Source: Cystobasidiomycetes sp. EMM_F5
Lineage: Eukaryota
Length of the DNA: 64,000 nucleotides
Direction: 5' to 3'
Assembly (NCBI GenBank): GCA_051047955.1
Contig: JBPGPT010000001.1
Location: 124,001 to 188,000, forward strand
Each line of letters starts with the position of its first letter. Position 1 is the first letter of the stretch. Shown here piece by piece: positions 12,801 to 24,745 of this stretch. The translations under genes were made by a program, and so were the position numbers. The notes below the pieces were generated by a model, which saw only the letters and a list, made by a program, of their open reading frames with translations, was not told the DNA's origin and searched no databases.

Positions 12801-14943
12801 GCCCAACAATCTCTTCGTTCACTAGCGCAGTACTTCGACACGCACCTTGAGCAAATTACTGACCGCGAGCGGTATTTCAGCAAGCGGTGGGAGCGAGAGA
12901 TACAAGCTAAGCGAATGTGGGAAGATAACATGAAGAATGTCATATCCTCGCAAGCTGATTTGGAGCGAGAACTACAAGACACTGCAAGACAGAACGAGCG
13001 GCGCAAGCGAGTGCTGAAGGATATCAAAGCTGGTATGGACGCGGACATGGCAGCAGCTGAAGCTGGTATGGCGCCGGCTGCTGCCGCTGTCATGTCTGAA
13101 CAATCTCCTGCTACCCCGTCTGCGGCCCTGATCGGCGGAGCACTATCGCCGAGCCGCCTTCGTTCTCCAACTGCCGTCAGCCACGGTGTTATCGCGCAGA
13201 TGGAGCAGCTTGCGGCTGAGTCGGACTCTGATGATGACGACGATTTCTACGACGCCGTTGAGAGTGGGACGTTGCCCATCAAGGTAGACGAGCAAATCGC
13301 TTCACCTGGAAGTAAGGAATGGCCAGAAGACTTTAGACCCAATATACCCGAGGATGCCCTTGCGAGCTTTCAGGGTTACCGCAATCTGCGCGACAGGTTG
13401 CCCATTACCAGCGATGAAAGACCCCCTGTCTCGCTTTGGGCTATTCTCAAGGGTAGTATCGGCAAGGATCTCACTAAGATCTCTTTCCCGGTGTATTTCA
13501 ATGAGCCGACTTCGATGCTGCAGAGAATGGCTGAAGATATGGAATATTCGGAATGCCTAGACGCAGCTTCTGCCGAACAGGATTCGCTCAAACGTATAGC
13601 TTACGTAGCTGGCTTTGCAATGTCGAACTATGCTTCCACCATTGGTAGAATCGCAAAGCCGTTCAATCCCATGCTGAGCGAAACTTTTGAAATGGCTAGC
13701 TTGGACAAGCATTACAGATACGGTGAGCGTCACTCAAAGTACTCCGAAGCGCAAATGGGCTGACGGTCTTCCGGACTACAGTGAGCGAACAAGTATCGCA
13801 TCATCCTCCAATGTCGGCTTGTATCGCAGAATCGCCAGATTGGCTGTACTAGTGAGTCGACATCTGCCATTGCGCGCTAAGCTCTTCAGCTCATATGCAT
13901 CTTTCTAAAGCGGCGAAGTTGATGCCAAATCTAAGTTTTTGGGCAAATCCTTCGAGATCCGGCCGACTGGGATCGCACATGCCGAGCTTCTCCTGCCTGA
14001 AGCATGGGTATCGGGACAGGGCTACCCTGCCTCACGAGGTCGCCCAGGCTATGTCCGAGAGCATTACTCGTGGAAGAAAGTCACCACTAGCATATCAAAC
14101 TTCATCATGGGATCCCCTCAAATTGATCACTATGGCGATATGGAGATTACCAATCATCGAACCGGGGAACGGTGTGTGCTGACTTTCAAGCCTCGAGGAT
14201 GGCGTGGCAAGGATTCGTGCGAGATCAAAGGTACTGTTTTCGATGCGAAGGGTACCATTAGATGGGATCTGGCAGGCAGATGGAACGGGCAGCTAGGTGA
14301 GCGACAGTAAGCTGTTGATCTGGTTCAAAGACTAATCTCTCTGGCTTGTAAAGTCGCGCGCCGCGCCGGTGCCGGTTCGGGAGCCTTAATGCCAGATGAC
14401 GCCGTTCCTACGGTCAAAGGATCCGCCTCAGCAATTGCGCCCGAATACCTTCTCATCTGGAAGATCAATGTCCAACCGCCGAACATGCCCTTCAATCTGA
14501 CGCGTTACGCACTCACGCTTAACGATAGTAACCCGGACATCAAGAAGTACCTTCCTCCGACCGATTGCCGCTTGAGGCCGGATCAGCATGCGTTAGTCGA
14601 GATCCAGAGCTTACCGAGACCTTCAGTCAGCTGATAGTGCCTAAACCTCTACAGTTTCGAATCTGGGCAGTTTGAGCAAGCGAACAATCTCAAGGGCGCT
14701 CTCGAGACCTTTCAAAGGGCAACGCGGACGAAGCGCGAAACTGGTGAACTCCCTCCGCATAAGCCACGTTGGTTCTCTCAGCAAATGGATCCAGATACCG
14801 GTGTCCCGTATTGGGAGCCTTCGAGATCAGACGATGGCAAGGTGGAATACTGGGATGTTCGATTGGCCAATTATCACCGCTTGCAAAAGGGGGGCAATCC
14901 TGAATGGCCCAATGTCGACGAGATCTTTGGCGTCAAATTTTAG
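9824..14943 (+). CDS. Oxysterol-binding protein with ankyrin repeats, PH domain, FFAT motif and ORD (Osh1/Osh2-like)
   Basis: Ankyrin TPLH motifs, PH domain (KGYLSKWTNMARGYKTRWFVL), FFAT motif DDFYDAVE, and ORD motifs KDLTKISFPVYFNEPTSMLQRMAEDMEY, KPFNPMLSET, EQVSHHPP and LPPTDCRLRPDQ. Confidence 0.95.
9908..9925 (+). repeat. CAA(CAG)5 short polyglutamine tract in the OSBP N-terminus
   Basis: caacagcagcagcagcag is visible in the sequence. Confidence 0.8.
10451..11212 (+). other. 762-nt phase-0 intron of the OSBP gene with a distant branch-point candidate and a 628-nt AG-free zone
   Basis: Donor AAG|GTTCGT at 10451, CCTAAT/GCTGAC at 10584-10595, no AG from 10583 to 11210, acceptor AACAG at 11212. 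Splicing rebuilds an ankyrin repeat TPLHTAVRCAK|LRTLETVL. Confidence 0.8.
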
Positions 14944-15235
14944 CAATACTATAGATACGCAACAAGCGATGCTGTATCGACCGCAAACATCGTGTCTGTA
15001 GAGCCTTGTCGGCAGTGGTAAAGTCTTTGAATCGCCTTCAAGGCTTGCACCGTGAAAGGCTGCTCAGCCACGCGCAGCGACAACAGCATGATAGCCCTTT
15101 ACGAACAGTACAAAGTTTCGTGTATGCTTTATACTCCTATCTAATCCATAGCTACTTGACCTTATCCGTCTCTGATACATCTGCTTTTTTCGCTACAACT
15201 GCTCTGGAAACTTCTCTGTACTTCTGGCATACACG

Positions 15236-16107
15236 TTACGGCGTAGGACTGAGTTGCTTGGCCTCCGTGAAGGCTTGATCGTCATCGTCCGAATTGCCGC
15301 TGCTGGACGGGATTGACAGCAGAACAGGCGAGGCCACCGATGTCGGCGTCGGTGGATCCGAAGATCCGCCTCGCTCAGGGAGATTCAAGCCCAGTCCGAG
15401 CGAATTCTGACGAAGTGGAAGCTGCCCAGCCCCGTCTCGTACGCTTGCGCCCATGTGCGATTCTGGTTTTATCGACGCCAAAGGTTTCAGGAACATGACT
15501 GGCGAAGAGCTCGCCGTGTCGGCTTCGGAGGTCATGGCAAAGTCTTGTAGGCTCGCACTGCTTGAGACGGGTGACAAAGAGATTTCCCTTGTCTCGGTTT
15601 CGGTCGTAGAATGAAGGACCGGCTTGGATGCAACGATAGGCGAGGTGACGGTAGATCGTGAGAAAACAGGAGATGTTCTGAATTTGTAGAATGCCCTGTC
15701 ATAAAGATGTCATTTATTGAAGAGAAACAGGTCAAAAGTGTATCGCACTCACGTTCGGGTTCCCGACCAGAAGGGTTGGTCGTAAATTCTCCACACTAGA
15801 TATCCGCCGATATCGAGGAGGATTAGAATGACGACGGGTGCGATAGCCATGTATGCTAATAAATAGAACATCATACAGTCAGCCTTGTTGACGATTGACA
15901 AGGACGATTATCAAAGGTACGCCTCTTGAAAGAAGGGGAAACGAAGGGTTGGGCCTACTGACCTAGAACGCGGAAGATAACGGGCAACGGAGAGAGATAG
16001 GGAGGCAGTGGGCTGTTGATGACTTGACGGAAAGTCAGGCCTTGCATTGACGTAGCGTACTGCGACCGGGGCAAAGCGTCATTGATGTAGCCAAGCACGC
16101 GCTGCAT
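15236..16107 (-). CDS. Hypothetical small membrane protein with a Ser/Pro-rich tail
   Basis: Exons join through GT-AG sites: MQRVLGYIND...PVIFRVL|..YMAIAPVVILILLDIGGYLVWRIY...GTRT|AFYKFRTS...LSPVSSS...PTP*. One hydrophobic segment. Confidence 0.55.
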
Positions 16108-18050
16108 CTTTGTCCGGAACGACGTTGGTGAGCAATGAGATGTACAGCAGGACACAGTATTCAGATCAGTGCAGAGGTGTCGACCTCGTTCTTATCGCCC
16201 AGATGCGACAGAATTGATGGGGAGACGAAACGGACCGTTGAGCCGCAGGTGATCAGACCTGTCTCGCGGTGTTTGCCACCGAGGAAAGAGGTGTCCTCAA
16301 AGTACAGCATTTGACGAAAATACGGCTGCTCTCCTTAACGTATAACTACAATATATCTGCCGAAACATCGAGAAACATTCTCAAGGCATCAGTATTGCAA
16401 TGAGATGGTACTCGGAATTAATCACAACGGACACGATGAGATAGGGCTAATGAATTATACACGGGCTATACGTACCCAGTGACATGCTGACATTTCTCCG
16501 TACGTATCCCTGGCTCTGACCGCTGACAGCGATGTAAGTGAAGCGGACGAAGGATACCCCTTCGCCCCGCAATCAGAGACCGTCAACGTACGCCTTTTCA
16601 CCTGAAAACGAGGTATATATACTACTACCATTCTGTCATCTTCATCTACGGCCATACCAAGCAAGAAGCACTGCATCCCGTTCGATCTGCAAAGTTAAGC
16701 TGCTTAGGGCCTCGTCAGTACTATGGTGGGGGACCACATGGGAATCCGAGGTGCCGTAGATTTTTGCCATATTGAGGACGGGTAGAAGAGTACTTGACTC
16801 TTATTTTTTCCAAATCTGCCTGCCGTGACGGTTTCGTCAGTTTTGCTTGCGAAAGATTCGGAAGGCATACGGACGGGCGGGCCATGCTCACGAGCCTCAA
16901 AGAGTTTCACCACGCTCCCGGATATGCTAATAGTAGAAGATGTAGTGTCGCTTCTACAACTTTATTCAGTGTTTTTGTTTCGCTTGCGTAGGCTTCTGTC
17001 GCTAGGCTGGTAAGAATCAAGAGTGTCGGAAGAGAGGAGACCCGCTGTATGCTACGGAATAGGATTAGGAAACAATCAGCAATCAGGATTATGTTTAGCA
17101 GTCTAAGCTCTAAAGATCTTCAATTCAGACTCAAAATAACAAGACAATGTCAAACCAAGCGTTAGCCAAACGAGATATCCTGTCTGCGTTAAAAGAAGCG
17201 CGCAGACTATGTTAGAGCAGCTTCGCATGCACTGCACGCACGGTCTGATTATTCTTCGACCGTCAGTCGCCCCTGTACCTGGATTGCCTGTTAGTTCGTG
17301 TTTATTCTGTACAAGGGAGGTGGAGAGGCTTGTCCCGCAAGATCAGTGTGCATTGCTGAATTCTTCATGCTGCATGCGGGTAGAATCCCTCAGTCACTTG
17401 TTTCTGCTTCTTCTTCAGGATTTGCATTACTGGTCCTCATCATGACGCGTTTGTCCAAATAAACAAGCCATATGCATCTGCAGAGCGTGTAAAGTGCAGG
17501 CAGGAGGTGAGTCACAAGAAGGAAGCGGTAGTGAGCACCAAAAGCAATGGAGATGATTGTCAGAATACTCCATCCGTTGCATTTCTCTTTGAGCCTCAAG
17601 CTTGTCAGCTCGACCCTGTCATGCCGTTGCAGATGCGACTGATCGGTCCATGTCCCGCGAGGCGGAAACATTGGCTGTAGCGAGTAAACGAGCAAGCCAG
17701 CAAGCCAGCACCCTGCAGCCTCGATAGACAGCTACAAACTTGCACCACTGCGTCGGTCGACCTTATCAGCAGCAGTCTCCTAGACTACACTCGGTCTACC
17801 CAAAGTCTCGCTATCGACGTCGCCCATCATTCCGCCAACAAGCGACGCAGCTGGACGGGAGCACGAGCACGACGCGGACACTGCATCCGGCATTGCTGTA
17901 CCTCAGCTAGTGCTACACCGGCCATCGACGTCCATCAGCAGCATCGCTGGATTGCGAACGGTCCTCGGGAGGCTGCGCAGTAGTGGCAGCAACGGGAGCA
18001 TACCAGAGGAGGCCAGCGACGGGACTGCAGCCAGCCGGGCAACCAACGAT

Positions 18051-18469
18051 GTGAGTGGGTATATCGGATGCGCAGTGCAACGGCGAGCAGTGCCCAGTCC
18101 ATCCTGCCAGCCCGCTGAGGTGGCTCACGGATCTGCGCCCATTTTTCGTGGCCTGCCTCTTCGGAAAAACAAACACCTCTGCACGCCTCTGCGACTGTTT
18201 ACTGACTGCGCTCTCCACACCTCTTCCGCTCACGTCCCATCTGGCCCCTTTCACCTCACATTCTCTGGCGTCGCGACTCTGCATTCCTTCCTCTGTGGCT
18301 CGCGCTCTGCCCCGGGCCAAATAAATCAAAAAAACTCGCCCAAATCGAAACAAAACTTTGCCCGGTCTCGCACATCAAACACGACTGGCGCGCCGATATT
18401 ATTTACAAACCGAAATCAACACTGAACCGTCTCCTCTGGTCTGACTGCTGGCAATACTCTACAATCTAG
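18051..18469 (+). other. Putative 419-nt 5' intron of the AT3-GT2 gene with a 348-nt AG-free zone
   Basis: Donor GTGAGT at 18051, last AG at 18118-19, GCTCAC at 18123 and TACTGAC at 18200, next AG is TAG ending at 18469, 27 nt before the ATG at 18497. Confidence 0.65.
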
Positions 18470-18496
18470 AAGCCGCTGCCCACCCCTCTGTTTGCA

Positions 18497-21400
18497 ATGT
18501 ACAGCAACAGCGGCGGTCTGGCGCAACCTTCAGGGTCGGGCGCAAACATCAACAGCATGCGAGGCAGCGACTCCTCAGTCTACGATACCATTACATCTCC
18601 CACCAACGCCCACCATCCAGATCAGCACCACATGATGCACCACCAGCAGTACGATTCTGGCATGGCGTCTCCAGGCGGCGGTGTAGGGCATCCAAACCCC
18701 CAGCTCGGCGTTGATCCTGGCTACCACTCTGTAGGTGGTGCATACACGACTGTCAACAATCCTGGCAATACAGGTGCCCTCTCTGCTGGGCCAATGGGCG
18801 GTCATCACTCGGAGCCGTCAAGTCCGACCATGCAACAAGGTGGTGGCGACGATGCAGACTCAAACGGCGATTCCTCTTCAAACGGTTCGACAAAGGTAGA
18901 CTCACGCTCACCCAGCGCATACAGAGTCGGGAGACCTGGCTACCCAAACCAAAGCGAGGTGAGTGGTGTCAAAAACACGTCCCATTGCCACTTGCCACAT
19001 TTTCACCCAAGGAATGCTAACATGTAATCTGCACGCGTGTCTTTTTTGTTTGTCAATACAGTCAAATGACGGACATCATGGCTACTCTGAAGGGTTATAT
19101 GCTTCTCGGACCGCCAACAACTCTACCGGCTACGTGGATGCTCCCTTATTTCACCCCTCCTCACCCGGGTCTGCGCAGTCACACAATACGTATGGCAGAT
19201 TCAGAACAGGCTCATACCCCGGTCTCGACTCTAGTCGGACGAGCAGTATAGGCACACACGAAGGTGCCAATATCCCTTACAACACTTCTCGAACAGCTCT
19301 CAATAACGAATGGCGGCATTCTGTCGATACCACCAATGAAATCAACGCCATTGGTGGACCAGGAGGGGAAAAGTATAGAGGATTTGACGCGTCTGATGAG
19401 AAGCTCATAGCCAAGAATGGCCAAACCTACCAACCTATTCCCCCTTCATCGCCCGCTATGGGCGTGTCGACAAACGAAAAGTCGGCAAAGGGAGACGGAG
19501 CTGGCGGAGATGGTAGTAAGAAACCCGAAGCAGCTGTCGTTTTGAGCAGAGTCAACCGTCTAGCTTGGATTGATGGTCTTCGTGGCTTGGCTTCCATCGT
19601 CATCTTTACCCATCACTTCAGCGATCTTACGTGGACCATTTCTCACCCAAATGTCCTTTCGGACGGATCTACCTACGGCTTTGTCAAGAATGGACAACTG
19701 GCAGTCGGAATGTACTTCTTACTTGGTGGTCGTGTCTTGGCTCACGGTTTCCAGCGCTCGGCATTTGCCCCTCCCAAAGTTGCAAAGGACTCGCATGGTG
19801 CAGTCATCCCCGGAGCGCCCCTCATTCGCTCAGCGGGTCCAAAGTGGCTCTCTCTGTCCAGCTCCCTCTTCCGTCGATCTATTCGTCTAGCCTTCCCGGC
19901 CATAATCATTGGCTTTATCCAATGGCAAGTCTGCCTGAGAGGGTGGACTTCCACTGCAATTCTCGCCAACGAGCAGGTCCTTCGACCGACAAATCTGTGG
20001 GAGGCGACTTGGTGCGAAATTGGCGATGGTTTTGGCGACTTCTTGCAATTCTCCCTCGACCTTTTCACAAACCCGAATCATCAATATATGCTCTATGTCG
20101 GTTCTGCCCTTTGGACTACCTACGATCAATTCTGGGGATCCACGCTCGTCTACATTATCGCCGCTCTTACTGCTCCTATGGCTTGGAAGGGTCGTTATGT
20201 CTTGTTTGCCATCATTACCGTCTCACTGTGGTGGATCAATAGCTCAAACATGCTTTACGTGATCGGTCTGTGGGTATCTGATCTACATGCATCCGGCTTT
20301 GTCCGCAAATTGCAAGATCACTGGAAGCCTACTTTACTCATCGAGGTGCTCGTCATGACTTTGGCATTGGCCATGATTGGCGGTGGTTCCACCGTTGCTT
20401 CTCCAGCTGATCGCGCCATTGGCAAAATCACCGTCTACAATGGTCTGTTTGGCTGGCAACCCAGCTTCACATGGCCACAGTACATGTTTATGAGCAACTG
20501 GATTGTCGCCACGGCCATTCTCGTCTGGGTCGAAATCTCGCACGCCATGCAATGGTTTGCGTCATGGGGTATCTTTGTCTGGATTGGCAAGGTCTCGTAT
20601 GGCTTCTACCTCTTACAATTCCTGACTCTATACGGTCTCATGCCCCATCTCGTTATTCACTTTGCCAACCAAGGCCATTCTTACTGGGATATCGTTGTGC
20701 CAGCGTACATTCTCTGCCTCCTCTTCAACTTCTTTGTCGCTTGGGTTGCGTACCACCTTCTCGACAGAATCGGTCTCAAACTCGGAAAATGGATCTGGGA
20801 TGGATTCTTTGTCACCAAGCCAAAGACGTTTGGCAGCATGCCTCTGAAATTTGCAAGGTATTTGGGCGATGTCATCGTGCACGGACCTGGTCGCGCTGTC
20901 AAGGGAACGTCGAGCTCGTTTTCATCCAAATGGGCTGGACTTTCAAAATCCGCATGGACTATTGCACACTGGCGCACACCGACTACGAGACCACCTATTC
21001 CATCGCCAACTGACCCGGAAGTTCTGTCTCAGCTGCACTCCACTCGATGGACTACTGATCTTTCCGGCGACAAGGAGGCCATGAGGTGCCACAAGCTCCT
21101 CAAGTGGCAACAATGGTCGTGGGTGTTCCATCTTTTCTGGATTCCGGGCATGACTGCTATTTGGGTCATCTACCACCCCACCGGTCAATGGACATGGGAC
21201 GGTGTTACGTTCTCCACATTATGGCGTTTCATTTGGGTGCTGTCCGTACCGAACTGTCTCGCTGGTTGGTTTGGTTTCATCACACCAGACTGGGCACCCT
21301 CAAAAGAGACTATGGACAAGAAGCCAGTATGCAGAGAACATATCCGCAACTTCTTCATCGTCCTCGTTACCAAAGGATCTAACGAGTCTGCCGTCCGTCG

Positions 21401-22504
21401 TGGCTACAACAAGCTCGTCAAACTCGAGAAGTATCACCCCGCTGTCAAGACTGTCGTGTAAGTGTTATGCATGCTATAGTCAAAGGATGTACGTTGACGT
21501 CTAGACTATCTTTCAGCCTTACCGATGAGCCGTATGTGTACCCTGATCTCCAAAACATTGTGTGCCCGAAGGACTACGTCTCTCCGCTCGGTAAAGCCAA
21601 GTACAAGGCTCGTGCGCTCGACTACCTCCGTTACCACGTCTCTCTCGGTGTCTATGACTGGATCTTGCATATGGACGAAGAATCCGTTACAGATGCCGAG
21701 ACTATCCGTCGCTGCTTCGATTTCATCCGGTATACTCCCCATCATTTCGGTCAAGGTATGATCATGTACAACGGCGAAGGTTACTGGGACAATTGGTACT
21801 TCACAGTAGCAGACGGTATTCGTGTCGGTGACGACTTGGCCCGATTCCACTTCCAGAACACAGTCATTCAAAGGCCAGTCTTTGGTGTTCACGGTTCATT
21901 CTTGCTTACCAATGGAGAAATGGAAAATGAATGTACATGGGATTTCGGCTCTCTGGCAGAAGATTTCGAGTTCTCCCAAGATGCTTGGAGAAGAGGATTC
22001 ACATGTGGAAGAGTACACGGTATTGTGCGAGAACAATCCCCAGGCACGCTCCGCGATTTCCTCAAGCAGCGAAGACGTTGGTTTATGGGTATTCGCGACA
22101 TCAAAGGCATGTACGGTCTACCGCATCTTGCTGTCAATCTCTGGACTGTCGGCGTCTTCACCCTCGCTGTTACAATCATCAACTTGCCGTTTACGCTCAT
22201 TGATACCTCCCTCACTCCGTTCTGGTTGGCACTGTTGGCAGACTTCTGCTTCATTGTGAGCACGCTGAGAGCACATTGCGGCGAGCATTTGACTGATCCG
22301 TGCACACAGACATTTATTACCATTTACACATGGGGTCTGCTCATCCAAGAGCTCGACTACGGGCAAAAATGGTGGCTCATCTGCATACATTTACCGGCGT
22401 CCATTGTCATTCAACCTTTTGCAAGTATATCTGAAGGACTGGCTGCCATTTGGGCCATGTCGAGTGAAGATTTCGGCAAATTCGAAGTCATTGCGAAGAA
22501 GTGA
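18497..22504 (+). CDS. Acyltransferase-3 domain fused to an Egghead/BRE-3-like GT2 glycosyltransferase (~1263 aa; exons 18497-18958, 19062-21457, 21517-22255, 22310-22504)
   Basis: AT3 motifs: RLAWIDGLRG..HH, FRRSIRL, LWT, GKVSYGFYL. GT2 motifs: VTKG, YKARAL, HMDEES, ADGIRVGDD, HGSF, AEDF, EQSP, KQRRRWF. Exon lengths sum to 3792 nt in frame. Confidence 0.9.
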
Positions 22505-23077
22505 AGGCTGTCGACTGCCGCATTATGCCAGCCACAGGCATTGTATTCCGTCATTTTTCACAAATGCAAATCTCTCGTTATCTCGCATTTAGTTAGAGTT
22601 GTGCTTTAAAACATTCCTTCCGTTCGCTTCGACATGCATACACCTCGATGCCGTTGCGACAATATCGGTACCTTGCAGAAGGGTATCCAACCTTCATTTT
22701 CTGGCAGTTTATGCATGTCACCAACAGCAGCCACACCCACGGACGCTTTACATCCCTCTCGGCTCTCGGGAGTGGAGGATTCTTTCATCCATTCTTTACA
22801 CTCGTTATTTCTGTTGACATTTTTCCGCAATCAAAGCCAAGGCAATCCGCAGCGATGCAAAAGCCTTTAGCATCGTTTCGAGAATACAAGCGTTGTCATG
22901 CTCAGCAGTGCGTTTTCAATGCAGAATATTGAAAGGATATAGATTGTTATGCTGGCTTCGATTTGTATGCAGAGGCTTTTCATGACGGCGACTTGCTACT
23001 AGTACGTACACAGCTCACTCTTGATTGTGGCAGTGATCACGGTGGGGGCAAGTTACGTGGCCATCATCGATTCAATT

Positions 23078-24300
23078 TCACCCGTCCTCCCCTAATTTAC
23101 CTTGCGAAACAAGCTCTCCATCCAGCTCTTTGCAACACTCTTCAGCGAGCTCCTTCAAACGCGCTTCATCCTTGCCGATGAGGGAGACATCGACACCTTT
23201 CAGCAGCTTGGGATAACTACCTACTCGGATACCCTCGTCCTTGACTCGAGCTTGCAGGGATGTCAGGAATGGCGCAATATTGCTCTCTGGCATGGCGGTG
23301 TGAACGAGCACTCTGAAGGGCTTGCTCGAGGAAGGCTATAGATAGATTAGAACAAGAGAGTCATCAGGCCCACCGGACAAACATCTCATAGTGCAGACTT
23401 ACAGGAAGTGGAATGTAGGTGGAAACGTAAGCCAGCAAGAGTTGCTCGAACAAGCGCGGTACGCCCGGAAGGATACATAGCTTTCGCTGCATTCGCACTA
23501 TCGGCACCCAGAGTTCCGATGTGACGTGTAATACTTCTGAGTCTTTGACTGGAAAGAGTGCCATTCGCAGTCTCGCAGTTCTCTGTTCGTCCGTCTGCTT
23601 GACAGTCGAAGGTCTCCGCTTGCTGAGCTCCTCCATCCGTCTAATAGTTTCATCGTGATATGCAAGTTTGGCTGATTGTGGATCGAATGCTTTCGCTATG
23701 GATTCATACGTGATGTCTTTATTGGCAGACACGTCGTTAGTGAGGTCGTGTCGAGACATAGCCGTATAGCTTACCGTCGTGCGTTGGCCCGATCCCGCCG
23801 GATGTCACGACCATATCGTATTTGTCCGTCAGCCGCCTGGCCGCTTCCACTATCTCATCCTCGTCATCGGCAATGACTTCGATCCTGACGGAGAGACGGG
23901 TTCGTACGCAGCATTAGTTGGGACTCCCTCGATAGGCTTCTGCAACGTCATTGTGCTTGCAAAATACCTCTTGAGTTCGATACCCAGATCAAAGAGGGTG
24001 CGAGCCATAAAGTTGGAGTTACTATCTCGAGTCTTTCCATTGAGCACTTCATCACCTATAACGGTGTACATATGGATTCAAATTGAGTGGTAATTTCAGA
24101 CGAACGGAAATGTTGCGCCTACCGATGATGAGGCAGGCAGCCGTGCTGACATAACGCCCATCCTCCCACCGAGGCACATCAGACCTTGTAAACGTCGCCA
24201 TAGGAGCCCGATGCAAGTGGCTGCTTAAGGAAGATAAGCGGATAGAAGCTATCTTGCCGAGTGTGCAGGAAAGTGGTATTCGCGAGATAGCGGAGAGCAT
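23078..24300 (-). CDS. Molybdopterin-binding (MoCF_biosynth/CinA-like) protein, FAD diphosphatase-like (FLAD1 N-terminal domain / yeast YMR178W type)
   Basis: TAACLII|GDEVLNGKTRDSNSNF, GGIGPTHD|DITYESIAKAF, LPGVPRLF, VGSYP. Confidence 0.88.
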
Positions 24301-24535
24301 GCAACAGCCCAGTACAGCTCAGATTGAAGTTTTTGGATGGTATCAGCTGAAGGTGCTGTGCGTCAAGCCAGCTTTTATGTAATATAACGATCGCAATACA
24401 AGGATTGCCCTTGACGCAACTCCAATCGACATAGCGCATACCTTCCTAACCTCTAAGCATTCTCAAGTAGGTCGGCAAAAGGTCTGCTGTTATGCTGGCT
24501 CCCACTTACTCCGACCTCTCGCAAATTGCAGGGCC

Positions 24536-24745
24536 ATGGACGACAGTCGACCAAAGCAAGAATACATTACAGCCGAGGAGAAGGTCAAGCAGGCAGAAAG
24601 CATACTGTCCCAGATCTGGACTCTGGAGACGACAGATCCCGAACGAAAGGCCGCCAATCTCAAGATCTTTGGCGCATTAGGCCTCTTTGCAGGAGGAATT
24701 GCGTTTCTCAGATATGCTGGCGACCTGATTACGCCAGTATTCTGA
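24536..24745 (+). CDS. Small tail-anchored protein, probable TOM complex subunit Tom6
   Basis: 69 aa with one C-terminal TM segment, LKIFGALGLFAGGIAFLRYAGDLITPVF, resembling fungal Tom6 (from memory of the family). Confidence 0.6.
   Translation: MDDSRPKQEYITAEEKVKQAESILSQIWTLETTDPERKAANLKIFGALGLFAGGIAFLRYAGDLITPVF

Noticed and set aside
16108..17780. Short ORFs on both strands in the long gap upstream of the AT3-GT2 gene
   Set aside because: No recognisable motifs or consistent exon chain; more likely promoter or UTR sequence.
11577..22504. Many antisense and off-frame ORFs overlapping long exons
   Set aside because: Expected shadows of codon bias in GC-rich coding DNA; no independent motifs.
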